DNA of 64,000 nt. Source: Octopus sinensis. Taxonomy: Eukaryota. Every line of letters starts with the position of its first letter. Position 1 is the first letter of the stretch. Position numbers and translations under genes: made by a program. Positions 12,569 to 26,879 of this stretch are shown here, one piece after another. The DNA lies in contig NC_043007.1 in the NCBI RefSeq assembly GCF_006345805.1, positions 2,852,001-2,916,000 of the forward strand, written 5' to 3'. Under the pieces are notes generated by a model. The model searched no databases and was not told the DNA's origin. It worked only from the letters and a program-made list of their open reading frames with translations.

Positions 12569-13205
12569 GGTGGTGACATGTCAGAATAGTTACCTATTTC
12601 TTTACTACCCACAAGGGGCTAAACACAGAGGAGACAAACAAGGACAGACAGACGGATTAAGTTGATTATATCGACTCCAGTGCGTAAATGGTACTTAATT
12701 TATCGACCCCGGAAGGATGAAAGGCAAAGTCGACCTCGGCGGAATTTGAACTCAGAACGTAACAGCAGACAAAATACCTATTTCTTTACTACCCACAAGG
12801 GGCTAAACACAGAGAGGACAAACAAGGACAGACACACGGATTAAGTCGATTACATCGACCCCAGTGCGTAACTGGTACTTATTTAATCGACCCCAAAAGG
12901 ATGAAAGGCAAAGTCGACCTCAGTGGAATTTGAACTCAGAACGTAACAGCAGACGAAATACCGCTAAGCATTTCGCCCGGCGTGCTAACGTTTCTGCCAG
13001 CTCGCTGCCGGAATAGTTACCGCCCCGGGCAAAAATGCTTAGCGGATTTTCGTCCGTCTTTACGATCTGAGTTCAAATTCCGCAGAGGTAGACTTTGCCT
13101 TTCATCCTTTCGGGGTCGATAAAATAAATACCAGTTGAACCCGGGGGTCAATGTAATAGACCAGCTCCCCTCCATAACCTTTCAGGCCTTATAGAAGAAA
13201 AGGAT
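12569..13205. mobile_element. SINE B dimer (minus, 12595-13010) nested inside an older plus-strand SINE B copy
   Basis: TSD GAATAGTTACC at 12584-12594 and 13011-13021 splits the head of the host copy. Confidence 0.88.
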
Positions 13206-13489
13206 TATTTTATATGAATTCCCATGATTTTTTGTATTTCTTTAGTAGATACACCTTGTATAATAATAATTCTTTGTCTCATATTGTGCCTAAAGTCTGC
13301 TTGAGGGTCATTATCAAATCCTAGGTTTCAGAATTGGGTTAACAATTTTCATTAATGCTGCATTTATTGAGCTATTAAATATAACATTTTGTCTTCAAAG
13401 CGACCAATAGTTTTTCAGTTATGTTAATTACTTTTCTATGTTATACATAGTCATACTTAGATGAATCTTCCCTTATTAGTATGGAAAAG

Positions 13490-13710
13490 TTTTGGTTGGC
13501 GAAGTGGCAGAACCGTTAGTATGCTGGACAAAATGCTTAGGGTCATTTCGGCGGCCTTTGCGTTCCGTGTTCAATATTCGCAGTGTCAACTTTGCTCTTA
13601 TCCTTTCAGGGAGAATAAACAAAGTACCACTTATGCATTGAGCGCGATGTTATATACTTGCCCCTCCCCCGAAATTACTGGCCTTGTGCCAATATTGGAA
13701 ACCATTTATA
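13490..13710 (+). mobile_element. Old, diverged SINE B-like copy
   Basis: GGCGAAGTGGCAGAACCGTTAG head and degenerate core. Confidence 0.7.
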
Positions 13711-13942
13711 TTCTGGAAGCGTTACTTGCCCTCGTTACTTGCTTGGCTGTCAGTCTCTTTCCTATGCATGAAGTCATTATCCATACAGAAACAATATATA
13801 AACCTCAGTACACAATTTTTCCAACTGGAAAACCGAATACATTATTACTCTGACTGCTTTGATAACCTTTCTGCTTAGTAACAATATATTGTTCATCTAA
13901 TCTTGTAAGTTGTGTTTTTGTTCATGAGTACGTGAGAATATA

Positions 13943-14084
13943 GTGTGGTAAGTAGCTTGCTTATCAATCACATGGTTCCGTGTTGACACTTTGGGCAACA
14001 TTCTTATACTATAACCTCGGGCCGACCAAAGCCTTGTGAGTGGATTTGGTAGACGGAAACTGAAAGACGTCTGTCGTATATATT

Positions 14085-14142
<58 letters not shown>

Positions 14143-14326
14143 GATATAGATAGATATATACGTGTGTGTGTGTCCCAGCATTGCTTGACAACTGATGCTG
14201 GTGTGTTTACGTCCCTGTTACTTAGCGGTTCGGCAAATGAGACCGATAGAATAAGTACTAGGCTTACAAAGAATAAGTCCTGGGTGTCGATCTGCTCGAC
14301 TAAAACAAGTAAAAGAAAGTAAAAGA
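13943..14326 (+). mobile_element. SINE family A, 5'-clipped with internal deletions
   Basis: Matches the family A body and tail. Confidence 0.88.
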
Positions 14327-15254
14327 ATGTAATCCTTTAAAAACACTTATCCATTAAGTATTGATAATATTTGGCGTAGGCCCCTTTTTTCTGTATTACA
14401 TTTAGCCTCAATGAAAATGTGTTCGAATTTAACAGTGCGTTTCATAAACGAAATCCAGTAATTCCTTAGGATTAGGTTAGAATATTCTGAGTAGAATCAT
14501 ATGCAGTTGTTGCTGCTTAGACCGAATCCATCTCTGACCGAACATATACGAAGTCATTCAGCCGTGATCATCTGATATATTTATTTTATGCAAGTAAACC
14601 AGAAACACATAATTCGAAAGCAACACTATGATTCAAAGAACATTTGCGGTTGTTATTAGCAGCTCAAAAGAACACAGAAGCACTTGATACTTACACGCGA
14701 AGAGCTGTGGCGGATTATAGAAAGAGCATGCATTACTGATTAAATATGATACAGCAGGGTGCCATGATGGCTAGTAAGAATAATATCTACAGTGGCAATT
14801 TTGATGATCCTTTGCTCATAAATGGCCTTAATCATTATATATTCTGAATATAAAATACACACCACAACTGTTATTTATTCTATTTACAACATTAAATAAA
14901 TTGCTACATTCTTTATCTATGTCCTGACTATTGAACCTCTCCAGTATCGCCCTTTAATGTATATGCGTATTATAATTGATTTTCTTTGTTGTTGTTTTTT
15001 GTTGTTTCTTTTTATTGTTTTTGTACAAAATGTCTCCGAGTACTTTAGAAGAAAGGTCTTCCCACTTTTCCAATAAATGTAAATAGATTTTTATCTGAAC
15101 CTTTCACTTCAACTGTCAGGATATTTTTTAAATCTTTCTTTGGATGTGTGAATGTGTGGGTATACAGACGCCATCAGCATACATACACAAGCATATACGC
15201 ACGCAAATTTATACATATCCATACAAATATATACACATTTCCACACACACACAC

Positions 15255-15294
<40 letters not shown>

Positions 15295-15654
15295 ATGCAC
15301 ACGTCCATAACTTATGACTCTTTACGCACGTATCTATATACGCAAACGTTATGCGCATGCACAACCGCATGAATTAATACAGAAAGTCCCAACTTACATA
15401 AATTTACCCATATTTTTCGCCGCCATTCAATGTAATGATGTTTAAATTGTTTTACTTTTTGACCGAAGCTGTCATGCTGTGATGTTTTGTCATTCGCTTT
15501 TTCTTTATAGTTCATTTCAATGGTATAACGAATCCAGAATATACATACACACACATCTATGTATGTGTGAATGTATGTATGTACGTACGTTTTTAAGTTT
15601 GTATACATGTATGTATTTATGTAGGTAGGTAGGTAAGCTTGTATGTATATATGT

Positions 15655-16030
15655 TTTCTCTTTTATCTCTTTTAATTGTTTCAGTCATTTGACTGTGGCC
15701 ATGCTGGAGCATCCCCTTCAGTCGAACAAATAAGCCTAGTACTTATTCTATCGGTCTCTTTTGCCGAACCGCTAAGTTACGGGGGCGTAAACACACCAGC
15801 ATCGGTTGTCAAGCTATGTTGGGGGGACAAACACAGACACACACACACACACACATATCCATATATACGACGGTCTTCTTTCAGTTTCCATCAACTAAAT
15901 CCGCTCACAACGCCTTGGTCGGCTCGAGGCAATATTAGAAGACCGTTGCCCAAGGTGCCACGCAGTGGGACTGAACCCGGAACCATGTGGTTCGTAAGCA
16001 AGCTACTTACCACACAGCCACTCCTACGCC
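15655..16030 (-). mobile_element. SINE family A
   Basis: Reverse-complement match to family A with an internal deletion. Confidence 0.9.
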
Positions 16031-16089
16031 TGTGTCTATGTATGTATATATATTTGTATGTATGTATGATCATCACTTCTTCCAATACA

Positions 16090-19070
16090 TATATCTGTAG
16101 AACAATATACGATATAGATGATCAGTATTTGTTTGAAAATGTTAAATTCGTATTGTTGCAGCTGGATTTCCAATCTCACATTTAAATCCCGTTTCATTTC
16201 ATTTTCCATATGATCTCTGAAACCGACTATTTCTGTCTCTCTCCGATATTTTTTAAATCCCCAAAAGGATTTCTCTAACTTATCATTTATGATAAATTTA
16301 ATCCTCAATCAAATATTTTCACCCACGCAGATAAGATATATTGAATTTCCTCTCTAATACGTTCTGTACAAGTTATCATTTGGCAGTTTTCAATTTCCTT
16401 TTGTTTCAGTTATTTCTTTTCTGTACTCAATTGATGAAAACAATTTCTTTCAGTTGTTTAAAACACCTATGGTACGTTTTAAGAGAACTCTGAAGTACCT
16501 TGCAGTGTACTTTCAGTTTCATTTTGAATTACTGGGTGGTGGGTATTCTCATTGAAAAAATTTACCATGTACAGTATTTTGTATCACCACTCATTCTGAT
16601 GTTTTAAAACCAAATTCCATATTTATTTTTTTGATATAGTACATTCTTCTTATTGATTTGAACAATATTCGTTCCTGATCTATTTCTTTTCAACTCTCCT
16701 TTCTCTGTTCTCTGAACTAGTTACCGATGCCCACTTTCTCATTGACACATGATATGCCTCTCCAACGTATATACTACGCATTCGTATTCTTTATAAAACT
16801 AATTCACCGTTACGTTGTCATGAATAAACATGCAACTCTTTCTTGACAGTCGAAAGGAGATGATCTCTAAAGATTTTCTTAATTATTCCATCCCAAACTT
16901 ATAGAACTGATTTGCTCAATAAAACTCCGTTCGTCAGAAACCCAGTCACCGGAACAACTCTGCAACTGCGAAATCTTAAAAGAATTCTATGGAAGCGCAC
17001 GTGTTTTTCAAGACGTTTCCTCGGGATATTGATTTCTACTGAAATCATTATAGATATTTATTCCTTTTATCTGGCCCATAGCTAAGATATGCTTAGGTTT
17101 CATTCTATTCTGGATTAAATGGTTCTATACACTCTACGTGTGTTAGTCACAGAAAGTTTCAGTCAGGTTTTGATAGTGGTTTCCGGCTTCATGTCTGATA
17201 TATTTCTCAGCAGTCCGACTGTAACAAGTATTGTCCAGCCCGTGCAAATCACACCCGTGTCTCAAATATTCTTCGACTTTTACGTCTATTCATTACTTGC
17301 TTACCATTCCCAAAAAAGAGTCTGCGCAACGTAGGGTTGAATATCAATAGTAACCGACGCAGATAAATTTCCTTTAAATGACGTTGGGCACAGTGAGTAA
17401 TATTTACAGCATTTTTAAGTTTGAGAAAGAATATATTTTCCAAGTGTTCACTACGTTACAAAATCTATATAAGCAAAGCAAATGATCTTCTCTAAATGTA
17501 TCAAGACGCTATAAACACCCAGAACTCTTTCAGAAAATGATATCCGTTCTTTTTCAGCATACTACAGATAAATTTATGTGTGTTAAAACGATTAAGATAA
17601 AATCAAGTAAATTTTCCTCTTCATTTCTCCAGAATCACGTTTGAAAATAACGTGGGTATCCATCCTTAAATATCATAAGGATCGGAAATGTAACAAAAAC
17701 TTTAAAACATGTTGCTCAAATGAAAAAGGGTCGTAGAAAAATGGCACATGATATTAATGAACAGAAGTTGACTCAATATATTCTCTGTAACCTCTTCACC
17801 ATCGGCTGCAATGGTTCTTTTACTGATATATTTACGCATCATTCAGTTAAAGAGAAGAAATTATGGAACTTAGTACCGCTTTTATGCCACTTTAGCTATC
17901 ATGGTTTTGAAAATTGACGTCAGAGTGGCAAAAGTTTGTCTTGGAATCCAACAGAGAAATGAATGATGGTTGTGAAGAATATTGATAGCTGAATATTTTA
18001 TGCTGTTAAACACCAACAAATATCCAGTTATTTTATTGGCAACATCAGTTCGAACGGGTCACAGCTGAAGAAAACTTTCTAGAAAAACAAAATATAGAAA
18101 ATCCCTGTCAGGTGATTGTTTTAAACTCGCACAATGTCAACAACAACAATAACATCAACGATACTGAGCAGTTTTTACTCCCAAAGATGATGCAATGCTT
18201 ACAATATAATGGCTTTAAACAGGTAAAAAAAAAATAACGAGAAACCAGAAATTACAAATTTTGCTGCACCCCTAAATTCAAATCTCTTAAACGTCTTTCC
18301 AGCTTACAAAAGTGTCCATAATTTTGGTCTTCCTATTTAAACAATCTGTTAAACTACCACCTTTATCATTGTGATTTAGTTTTCCTGTACATTCGCCAAA
18401 AAATTCATTGATTTATCGCTTCCTGTTGTCAGATCACTTAACAGTTCAAATACATTCAGCCTAAACCCTCATTACTTCCATTTTCTGTAAACACAGTATT
18501 TCTACTTTTCTAGCTTTAGATTTTATCTTCTCTCATCCCACGATTGTTTCCATAATCTCTTCTGTTTATTGATGACGAAATCTTAAAGGATGAATGGTTC
18601 ATACTATTTTAATCTTTTCAAAAATTTCAATTTCGTTCTCACCTTTTCTGATGTTAATTTGTTGACCTAGCAATTATTTTCTGAAAGTGTATATTCTGTT
18701 TCTTAATTCACTTTTACTATATCGATTAATTTTCTTTCATTTTTCCTCCAGATATATTTATCTTACCCTAACAAAAACCGTTCCTTTAGCATACTCTGTT
18801 ATTGCTTCGATTTTGTCGGCAATTAATAAATCCTACTGACATTGAATTTGAAAAACCTTGTTGCTTTAAAATCTACGTATTTTGTATTTAAGTTTTCAAG
18901 AATGAAATTTCCTTTCTCTTTTCCTGTATCTCTTACTCTTCCTTTTTTAGTTCCATCCTTCATCCGTTTTAACAGCTGCGCGTTATATGTTTTCAATTTT
19001 TCACCGGCACACAGACAGATCTTTTGTAATTTTCAACATAGAAAATCTTTTTTTTTGTTCTATTTTAGAA
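16090..19070 (-). mobile_element. Possible highly decayed L1/Tx1-like LINE ORF2 remnant
   Basis: T-rich plus strand over 3 kb with no microsatellites. Faint collinear minus-strand motifs: NEFF..GKL..GSLT..SWK, ERVLGVY, LFWEW, FWGFKKYR. No intact YADD seen. Confidence 0.3.
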
Positions 19071-20139
19071 AAAAGTTTTAATTCATTGGAGATTTCATAG
19101 GCCATTCGACGAGTTCAATAGCTGAGCGGAAGGATGAATCGACAGGTGATACAGCATCGAATTCAAAAGACATCAGATCAATCTGTGGTACTAAAACATA
19201 CACAGACAGAGGAAAAACTATACAACACAGTATTGGTGTGACTTCCAACAAGGATGATGCCAGGAAGCACTCCATAACGACACGAAAGGCAGGCGAACTT
19301 ATCCTCATCCCAACCGTCCTTATGGTAAGGTAGCCGAAATAAAAGTTGTTATGGTGCCGCCAAAAATAATCATCTGTTCATGTGTGGCAGCGCCCTTTGT
19401 GACATACAAGACAGAATCGGCATTCTAGAGCTACAGAGACCGCAAAAGCAAAATCGGGCAGGATGGTTCACTTTCAAACATTTAGCCCTGTACTTATATA
19501 AGAAACGGTTGTTATTTCAAGATTTGACTGAAACAATTAAACGCCAGGAAAGAAAAATCTTGCTGTCCTTCTTCCGACTCTTTATGTTTGGCGCTGAAAT
19601 TATGTCAAGTTCAAGTTTGCCTTTCATTATATCTGTGTCGATATAACAGAATACCAGAACAAATGTAATAAAATAACATAAATGGGGACGATTTAATTTC
19701 ACTTCAAGCTGGAAGCTTTGTGTCGAAGTTAGAAGATTTTATAGTTAGTCATAAGTTGCAAGTTTTTTTTTGTATCTGCTGTTGGCATTCCAAATTAATT
19801 TATTTTATCCATTTGCAATGTTTGTCCTATTGCAGAAGTAGTCATTGGTATAGGGTGCTTGATGTTGAATAGTATCTTGCCCTGCAGGTTCACACTTTTA
19901 GGTTTTCTGTCTTCGAAAATTAAATTTTTCCACTTCGAAAAAATATTTAATATGCGTGTCTCATATTTATAAGAACAGAAAATGGAGAAAACAGGAACAA
20001 TAAAATGGAAGTACAAAGTGAGCAACTTTCCTTCGGCAAAATAAATCATGCAATTTTCTACTCTCATATTTGCATGGTGTTTGGTGGAGACCGTAACGCT
20101 GAAAGAGTCAACACCAGCAATTGTTTTATTAATCAAATT

Positions 20140-20360
20140 ATGCGACGAGCTGGCAGAATCGTTAGGGCGCCGAACAAAATGTTTAGCGGCGGCATTTATT
20201 CGCCATTACATTCTTACTCCAAATTTTACCGAAGTCAATTTTACCTTTCATTTTTTTTCGGGGTCGATCAAATAAGTAGAAGTTGAGCATTGGGGTCGAT
20301 GTAATCGACTTATCCCGTCCCCCCAAATTGCTGGCCTTCTGCAAAAATTTGAAACCAATA
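20140..20360 (+). mobile_element. Old SINE B-like copy
   Basis: GCGACGAGCTGGCAGAATCGTTAG head and TTTCGGGGTCGAT core. Confidence 0.8.
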
Positions 20361-20387
20361 TTAATAAAGCAAATTTCTACCCAACAT

Positions 20388-20530
20388 ACTACTACTACTA
20401 CTACTAATACTAATACTAATACTAATAATAATAATAATAATAATAGAAATATGTGTATGTGTATATATATATATATATATATATTTACACATATATACAC
20501 ATATATATATGTACTTATATATATATGCAC

Positions 20531-20570
<40 letters not shown>

Positions 20571-20603
20571 TATATATAGATATATACTTATATATATACA
20601 TGC

Positions 20604-20641
<38 letters not shown>

Positions 20642-20720
20642 GAGAGAGAGAAAGAGATAGTTATATCTATGTGTGTGTATACATAGACTTACATGTATAC
20701 GTGTATGTGTGTGCACACAT
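20388..20720. repeat. Compound (ACT)n/(AAT)n/(TA)n microsatellite
   Basis: Seen directly. Confidence 0.9.
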
Positions 20721-21185
20721 GTATTCATATATATGTGTGTTAAACCTGTTCCAACATATTTTATCTTGTATCCAACATCTATCTTATATCCTGAATAATT
20801 ACGAGCCAATACGTCTCGCAGTTATTCATGTTATTATTATTATTACTGCTTGGTACCTGATTCTGCTTAAATAGTAACCAAATGCCCTTCAAATAAGAGC
20901 TTATCGTTTTATGAAACAGAAGGAAACCGTGATTATAAGGAGGTGAAAGACATGGTTTAGTTAGGATTTCCCTCATAGATTGAATGAAGTAGAAAAAAGA
21001 TAATTACTAGAATATCGGCAAATAATTCCTTATATTTTAGAAAAAGTATCAGACACAACCTGAGAACGGTGTTAGCAATGGAAGCTCTAGTAGCAGAATA
21101 CCCATAATACGAACGTCGTGAGGTCAGACCAAGCATTTCTTTTGTGAAGTAAAGAAATAGTAATATTGTACATGCTTCAGTAAAT

Positions 21186-21307
21186 GTGTGTGTATATCAC
21201 ACACACGCACACACAATAAATACATATACATGTATACATATACATATATATATATACATATATATTTATATATGTATATATGTATATATATATACATATA
21301 TATATAC

Positions 21308-21358
<51 letters not shown>

Positions 21359-21380
21359 ACATATACATATATATATATAC

Positions 21381-21451
<71 letters not shown>

Positions 21452-21550
21452 TACACACATATATATATATATATATGTATATATGTATATATATATATAC
21501 ACATATATATATGCATATATATATATACATATATATATATATGTATGATA
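21186..21550. repeat. (TA)n/(TACA)n microsatellite
   Basis: Seen directly. Confidence 0.95.
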
Positions 21551-21875
21551 TAGTAATGACTCTAATACCATCAGTATGTCATTTGTGCTTTCTTCTTTTA
21601 AATGCACATTAATAACAAATGTGCTTTGAAGAATTGCATGGGAACACATAATTGCGTTGGAAAGATTGCCGTATATTACCCATTGACTATAATAAAGCTT
21701 CTGTTAATACTACTTATGTGGTTGCTAGGGAGTAGGAATAATACTTGGATTGTGTGTATATGTATGTGCTTGTATATTATCTGTGTATGTATGTAGTGTG
21801 TATGTATGTGTATGTATGCGTATATGCGTCTATATGCGTATATATCTGCGTTTGTATGTGTTTCTGAGTGTGTGT

Positions 21876-21913
<38 letters not shown>

Positions 21914-22039
21914 CACAGAACTGGTAGGTTAAAAAATTTTCAGGTAACTTAGAATACAGATCTGAAAACAGGAAGTCTTGAAGTTATTATATTCTATGCA
22001 AAGAGTGAATGAGACAAGATATTATGCTTGCCCTGAATG

Positions 22040-22071
<32 letters not shown>

Positions 22072-22154
22072 CATACATACATACATACATACATACATAC
22101 ATACATTTATGAGTACCATAAAATAATATAGTTCTATATTTAAGAGATGAGGAA

Positions 22155-22340
22155 TTATGTGCATTAGTTTCAATTGACGGATATTTGTCCTCATCTTGTT
22201 TGTTGTTAACATAAAGTTTCAGCTGTTATACCCCCCAGCCTTGATCTGAATGAAGACTGGAGAGCATATTAGATGAATCGTTGTGTCAACAACAAAAAAG
22301 ATGAGGACAAATATCCGTCAATAGAAAATAATGTAATTAA
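22155..22340. repeat. Imperfect palindrome, probable Penelope-like pLTR relic with degenerate hammerhead cores
   Basis: ATTGACGGATATTTGTCCTCATCTT (22173) is inverted at AAGATGAGGACAAATATCCGTCAAT (ends 22322). The centre carries CTGA(A)TGA/GAAAC-like motifs. Confidence 0.7.
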
Positions 22341-22431
22341 TGTACCATAAAATAGTAAGAAGTATGAAAGGTCTTTTTATTTAACCATTTGAAATACTTA
22401 GAATTAGTGTCGTGTATATGTTTATTATATA

Positions 22432-23400
22432 TACGAGGATAAGTAAAAAATATACATATTCTGGTTTCTGCAACTTATTAAAACAAACGAAAAGCTTTGA
22501 CAATTACACCTGTTTTCGACAGAGTTCTCTTATTTCTTGATGTATGTCTTCGAGCAAGGTTTCCTCGGACAGAAGTGGAGTCGTTTATGCATTGATTCCT
22601 GCGTTTCTTCTTTTGTAAAAAATTGATGACACTGTAAAGGATAGCTAGGCGATCCAAAGTTATGATAGTCGGGAGGGCCAGATCCGGAGTTTAGGCAGAG
22701 TGTTCCAGCAATTTTAAACCCAGTTTTTCAATGGATTCAACCTGAGCTGAGCTGTATGTAGCCGCGCATTTTCGTGCAACATTAACAGTTGTTTCAACTA
22801 TAGACCTCAGCGTTTGGTGCCAATTGTTGGTTCCAATTTTGCGGTTAGTATTTCACTGTAGCCTACATTGGTGATTATAGGTTCTTTCTTCCAATAATGT
22901 TCCTGTATAGGCTATTTCGTGTCCTCAAAAATGGTTAGCAACACTTTTCTCTGCAGAAGGTTAAGTCTTGAATTTCTCTTTCGCTGACGATTCCAGATGT
23001 TTCCAATCTATTCTCGGTTTATGTATTCTGGCTGAAAGTTATGGACCCATGTATACCTATTCGTTACAGGGTTTGATATCACCATTGCTGCTCACACCAG
23101 ACTTGCCTGCCGGTCGTTCATTGAAGAATTCTCGTTCGGTTCACGGGTCTTTGACAGAATAATTCGTCGTTATGTTTCGTTATTACCTCCTCGTGCTGTA
23201 AGTGGATAATTAAAGCGTCTGCTGCGCTCCTGGGATGCAGTAACCATTTCGCAGACTTTCTTTTCAGAACTAAATCCGGAATCCGTGTTAAGCGTTGCCA
23301 TCACCACGGTCGACACTTACTGGGATATCGGAAGTTGATAGGGTGGACTTGCGGAGGACAGGTTGGGCTGAGGCTAGACGATTCTAGGCACTGTTTTGAT
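22432..23400 (-). mobile_element. Decayed mariner (Tc1/mariner) transposase and 3' end
   Basis: Minus translation: TWVHNFQPE..WKHLESSAKEKFKT*PSA..VLLTIF..LLMLHENARLHTA..LLEHSA*TPDLA, matching the mariner DETW/HDNARPH/YSPDLAP motifs. TA-CGAGG terminus at 22432. Confidence 0.88.
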
Positions 23401-23496
23401 ATATGATCTGTATTTTGCATTAATGCAGGCGTGTAAGTGCTTCATTTGTTATCAAATATAATGATATAAATTATTTACATTTTTAAGTTACGAAAC

Positions 23497-23543
23497 AGCA
23501 TGGCCGCAGTCAAATCACTGAAACAAGTAAAAGAGTAAAAGAG
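23497..23543 (+). mobile_element. 5'-truncated SINE A 3' tail only
   Basis: CAGCATGGCCGCAGTCAAATCACTGAAACAAGTAAAAGAGTAAAAGAG. Confidence 0.8.
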
Positions 23544-24340
23544 TTGTCTGGAGTTGTATAAAAGTGCAAGGATATAGAAATTTAATACATTTGTCATGAA
23601 ATATAAATGTTTGTCCTTCTCGGAGAGAACGAAATATATATACGTAATCGATTGTGTTTAGACATCTACACACACTTACAAATGTTTATATAGCAAAATA
23701 ATATATCTACATACGTATGCATGTATGTAGATGCATTATTGTGTTATATAAATATATATGAGTGTGTGTAGACACCTGTATTATATTTCATGACAAATGT
23801 ATTACGTTTCTATATCGTTGCATTTCTATACAACTCAACGCAGCTGTAAATGTGTAGGATGCGATTGCCTTAAAGTACGACCTACCTTTTATCAGTTTCT
23901 GACCGAATAGACTTTATATATGCTGCCAAAATAATATTTTAGTAGGAAAATATTATGCTACATTAAATTCTTCATAAATAAAAATATGATATAAAATATT
24001 GTTATGTGTTTCCTATGTTTGCGTTGAAGCAGATGTTTTCTCATATAAACATTCTACGGTGACGTGAGGTTATTTGAACGATGGTTAACGTTGAATGCTT
24101 GTTGTGTTTCGTTGACTATCACTCATTATGTCTGACTGTATTTACTTTTCCAAGTCAAATTCGTAACGGCTTTGATAAAGCGCCTATCATTTGATCTCTT
24201 ACATATTTATGTCGATTATGTGTTATGTGTACAGGTTATATATGTAGGTGTATGCTTACATACATACCATAAATACATTATATGTGTTTTTATGTGTGTG
24301 TGCGTGTTCCCATGCAGGTATAAGTAGGCATAGGTATAAG

Positions 24341-24383
<43 letters not shown>

Positions 24384-24395
24384 CACACACATACA

Positions 24396-24447
<52 letters not shown>

Positions 24448-26357
24448 CATCATATTATATATATATATACAGAGAAGGAGAAAGAGATAGTAATATGTAT
24501 GTGTGTGTATACATAGACCTACATGTATACGTGCATGTGTGTGCACACATTTATTCATAGATATGTGTGTCACACCTGTTCCAATATCCTTCTCGTCCCA
24601 CATATGTGTGTATGTATAGGTGTATGTGTGTGTGTTTATGTGTATGCGTATATGTGTGTGTATGCACATGAGAGGAAAGGATGACAGAAGGAGAGAATAC
24701 GTTTCCATATAAAAAGATAGGCGGCGGTTGCAAAGGGCTTGTGCGTCCTTTAGCAACAGAGATTTTCAATAAAACACAAAGGGAAATAATTGTGACGGAA
24801 CACTAGACACTTTGCATATTCAACCTGACTGTAACACAAATGTTGTTTTTTTTTTGTTTATTTTTCATTGTAGTGTTTGTGAGAATAAATAAACTACCAA
24901 GCAGCAGCAACAAGAAAACTAATATCCGTCACCTAAAGAAATATTCGATTCGTCTTTTGTCAGGAGCAATATGTTAACGGAGGTTTCTTTGAATTGCAAA
25001 TGTCAAATAAATTTTATAGACTTTTTACACTTTCTGCGAGCAACACTGATCGTAAGCGAAGAAGAAAACGTTTTCAATGAAGCAGCACTCGCTGACAATG
25101 TTTATTCAAACTGTCTTTTGTTCCCTTGTTAAAGGATGTCATTCAGTATTAAAATTCTGATATATGGCTATAGCTTCTGCCGTGAATCTTTGTGTAAACT
25201 GCATGCAAAAATCAGAACTATGTATCACTTGCTATAATGGTTGTTGTATTTTTTAAAAATGAATATTCATGTTACAAAATGTTTTGTTTTGTTTTTCTCC
25301 TAGAGTGATTAAATTTAAACAATTAAACATTTTCCATTCTGAAGCACATTTTTACTAATTAATCGTCATGATCGTGTCACTTAATATTAGAAAGGGCCTT
25401 TAAATTCATTTAAAATTCAAATTGTACTTCATGAGATGTCAAAATTTTCATCGCATAAGTTTTTGATATCTCTTCAAATAAATGAAATTTTGAAATGAAT
25501 TTAGCAATTTCGTGTTTTCATAAATGGCTCTGCCACTATATATTCGCTTCGATTTTAAAAAGATCTCAGACCATGTCAAGTACTGCACATTTAAAGCTCT
25601 TAAATAATACTTTCTATTAAAAGGTACCCGAAAAACAGGAAGCAATAGCCTACGTTTGGTATTTAAATCAGTCTAAGAGAGGAGTAAGTGAATCCGGATG
25701 TTGTTAGATAAACTGCTTATCATATTTTACATGAAATACTGGTATATAACAAATAGAAGGTACGCAGTCAAATGGCACGCAAGAAAATATTCAGCAAGAT
25801 GTTATTGCATTAGAACCACAAGGTTTCGCTTAGAATGCTGGTGAATCACTAGACATGGTGCTTCAACCAGATTTGTTTACACGTTATAAATCTAATAAAT
25901 ACCAGTACTTTTTATAAATCTAAGGCTATTAAAAGTGCGTATATTAATTCAATTCTGACTAGGGATAGGCAGGTTTATATTTGCAGGTATGTATCTAAGA
26001 CATTGTATCTATTCATCGTCAGACGGTGATGAGAGGGATATATATATATATATATATGCACACAACCTCTGACAGGGTAACAGTCATATACACAAATTGA
26101 ACAGACACACATATCAGTACATTATCACACGTTTGCATGTACATACTCATATATACACACGCAAACACGTCGACACACTTACATACCTAAATATTCACAT
26201 AATTACATGGATACATAAGTACAGACATACATGCGTATAGGTGTATACGAATGCATACGCATGTACACATATGCATACGAACATGCTTACATGCACATAT
26301 ACATACATACATACATGCACACACATACATACATACATACATACATACATACATACA

Positions 26358-26388
<31 letters not shown>

Positions 26389-26654
26389 CATGAACTAACT
26401 GTTACTTTCTCAGATGCAGCGCGTTATTTTGTCAGTGAACAGGTTGCAGTTTCAAAATAACAAAAATATTTTGACACAAATAAAATGTTTAATGTTGAAG
26501 TGAATCTAACAATTTTTGTGTGTGTGTGTTTTATTTTTTATAAATGGCTTATAAACACCTTCCACGCTGCAATTGTTTTTGTTTCATCATGACACGGTCT
26601 CAGATCAGGTCACTTGATAACTGGTAACTTGGTACGCAAGTATATCTCCATAAT

Positions 26655-26665
26655 ACATTATATAA

Positions 26666-26710
<45 letters not shown>

Positions 26711-26748
26711 TTATATATATAATATATACATATATATATAATATATAA

Positions 26749-26802
<54 letters not shown>

Positions 26803-26842
26803 GATAGATAGATAGATAGATACATATATATTATATATATAT

Positions 26843-26879
<37 letters not shown>

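Noticed and set aside
15676-16185. Recurrent ORFs containing PKVPRSGTEPGTMWLVSKLLTTQPL
   Set aside because: Antisense translation of SINE family A, not a gene family.
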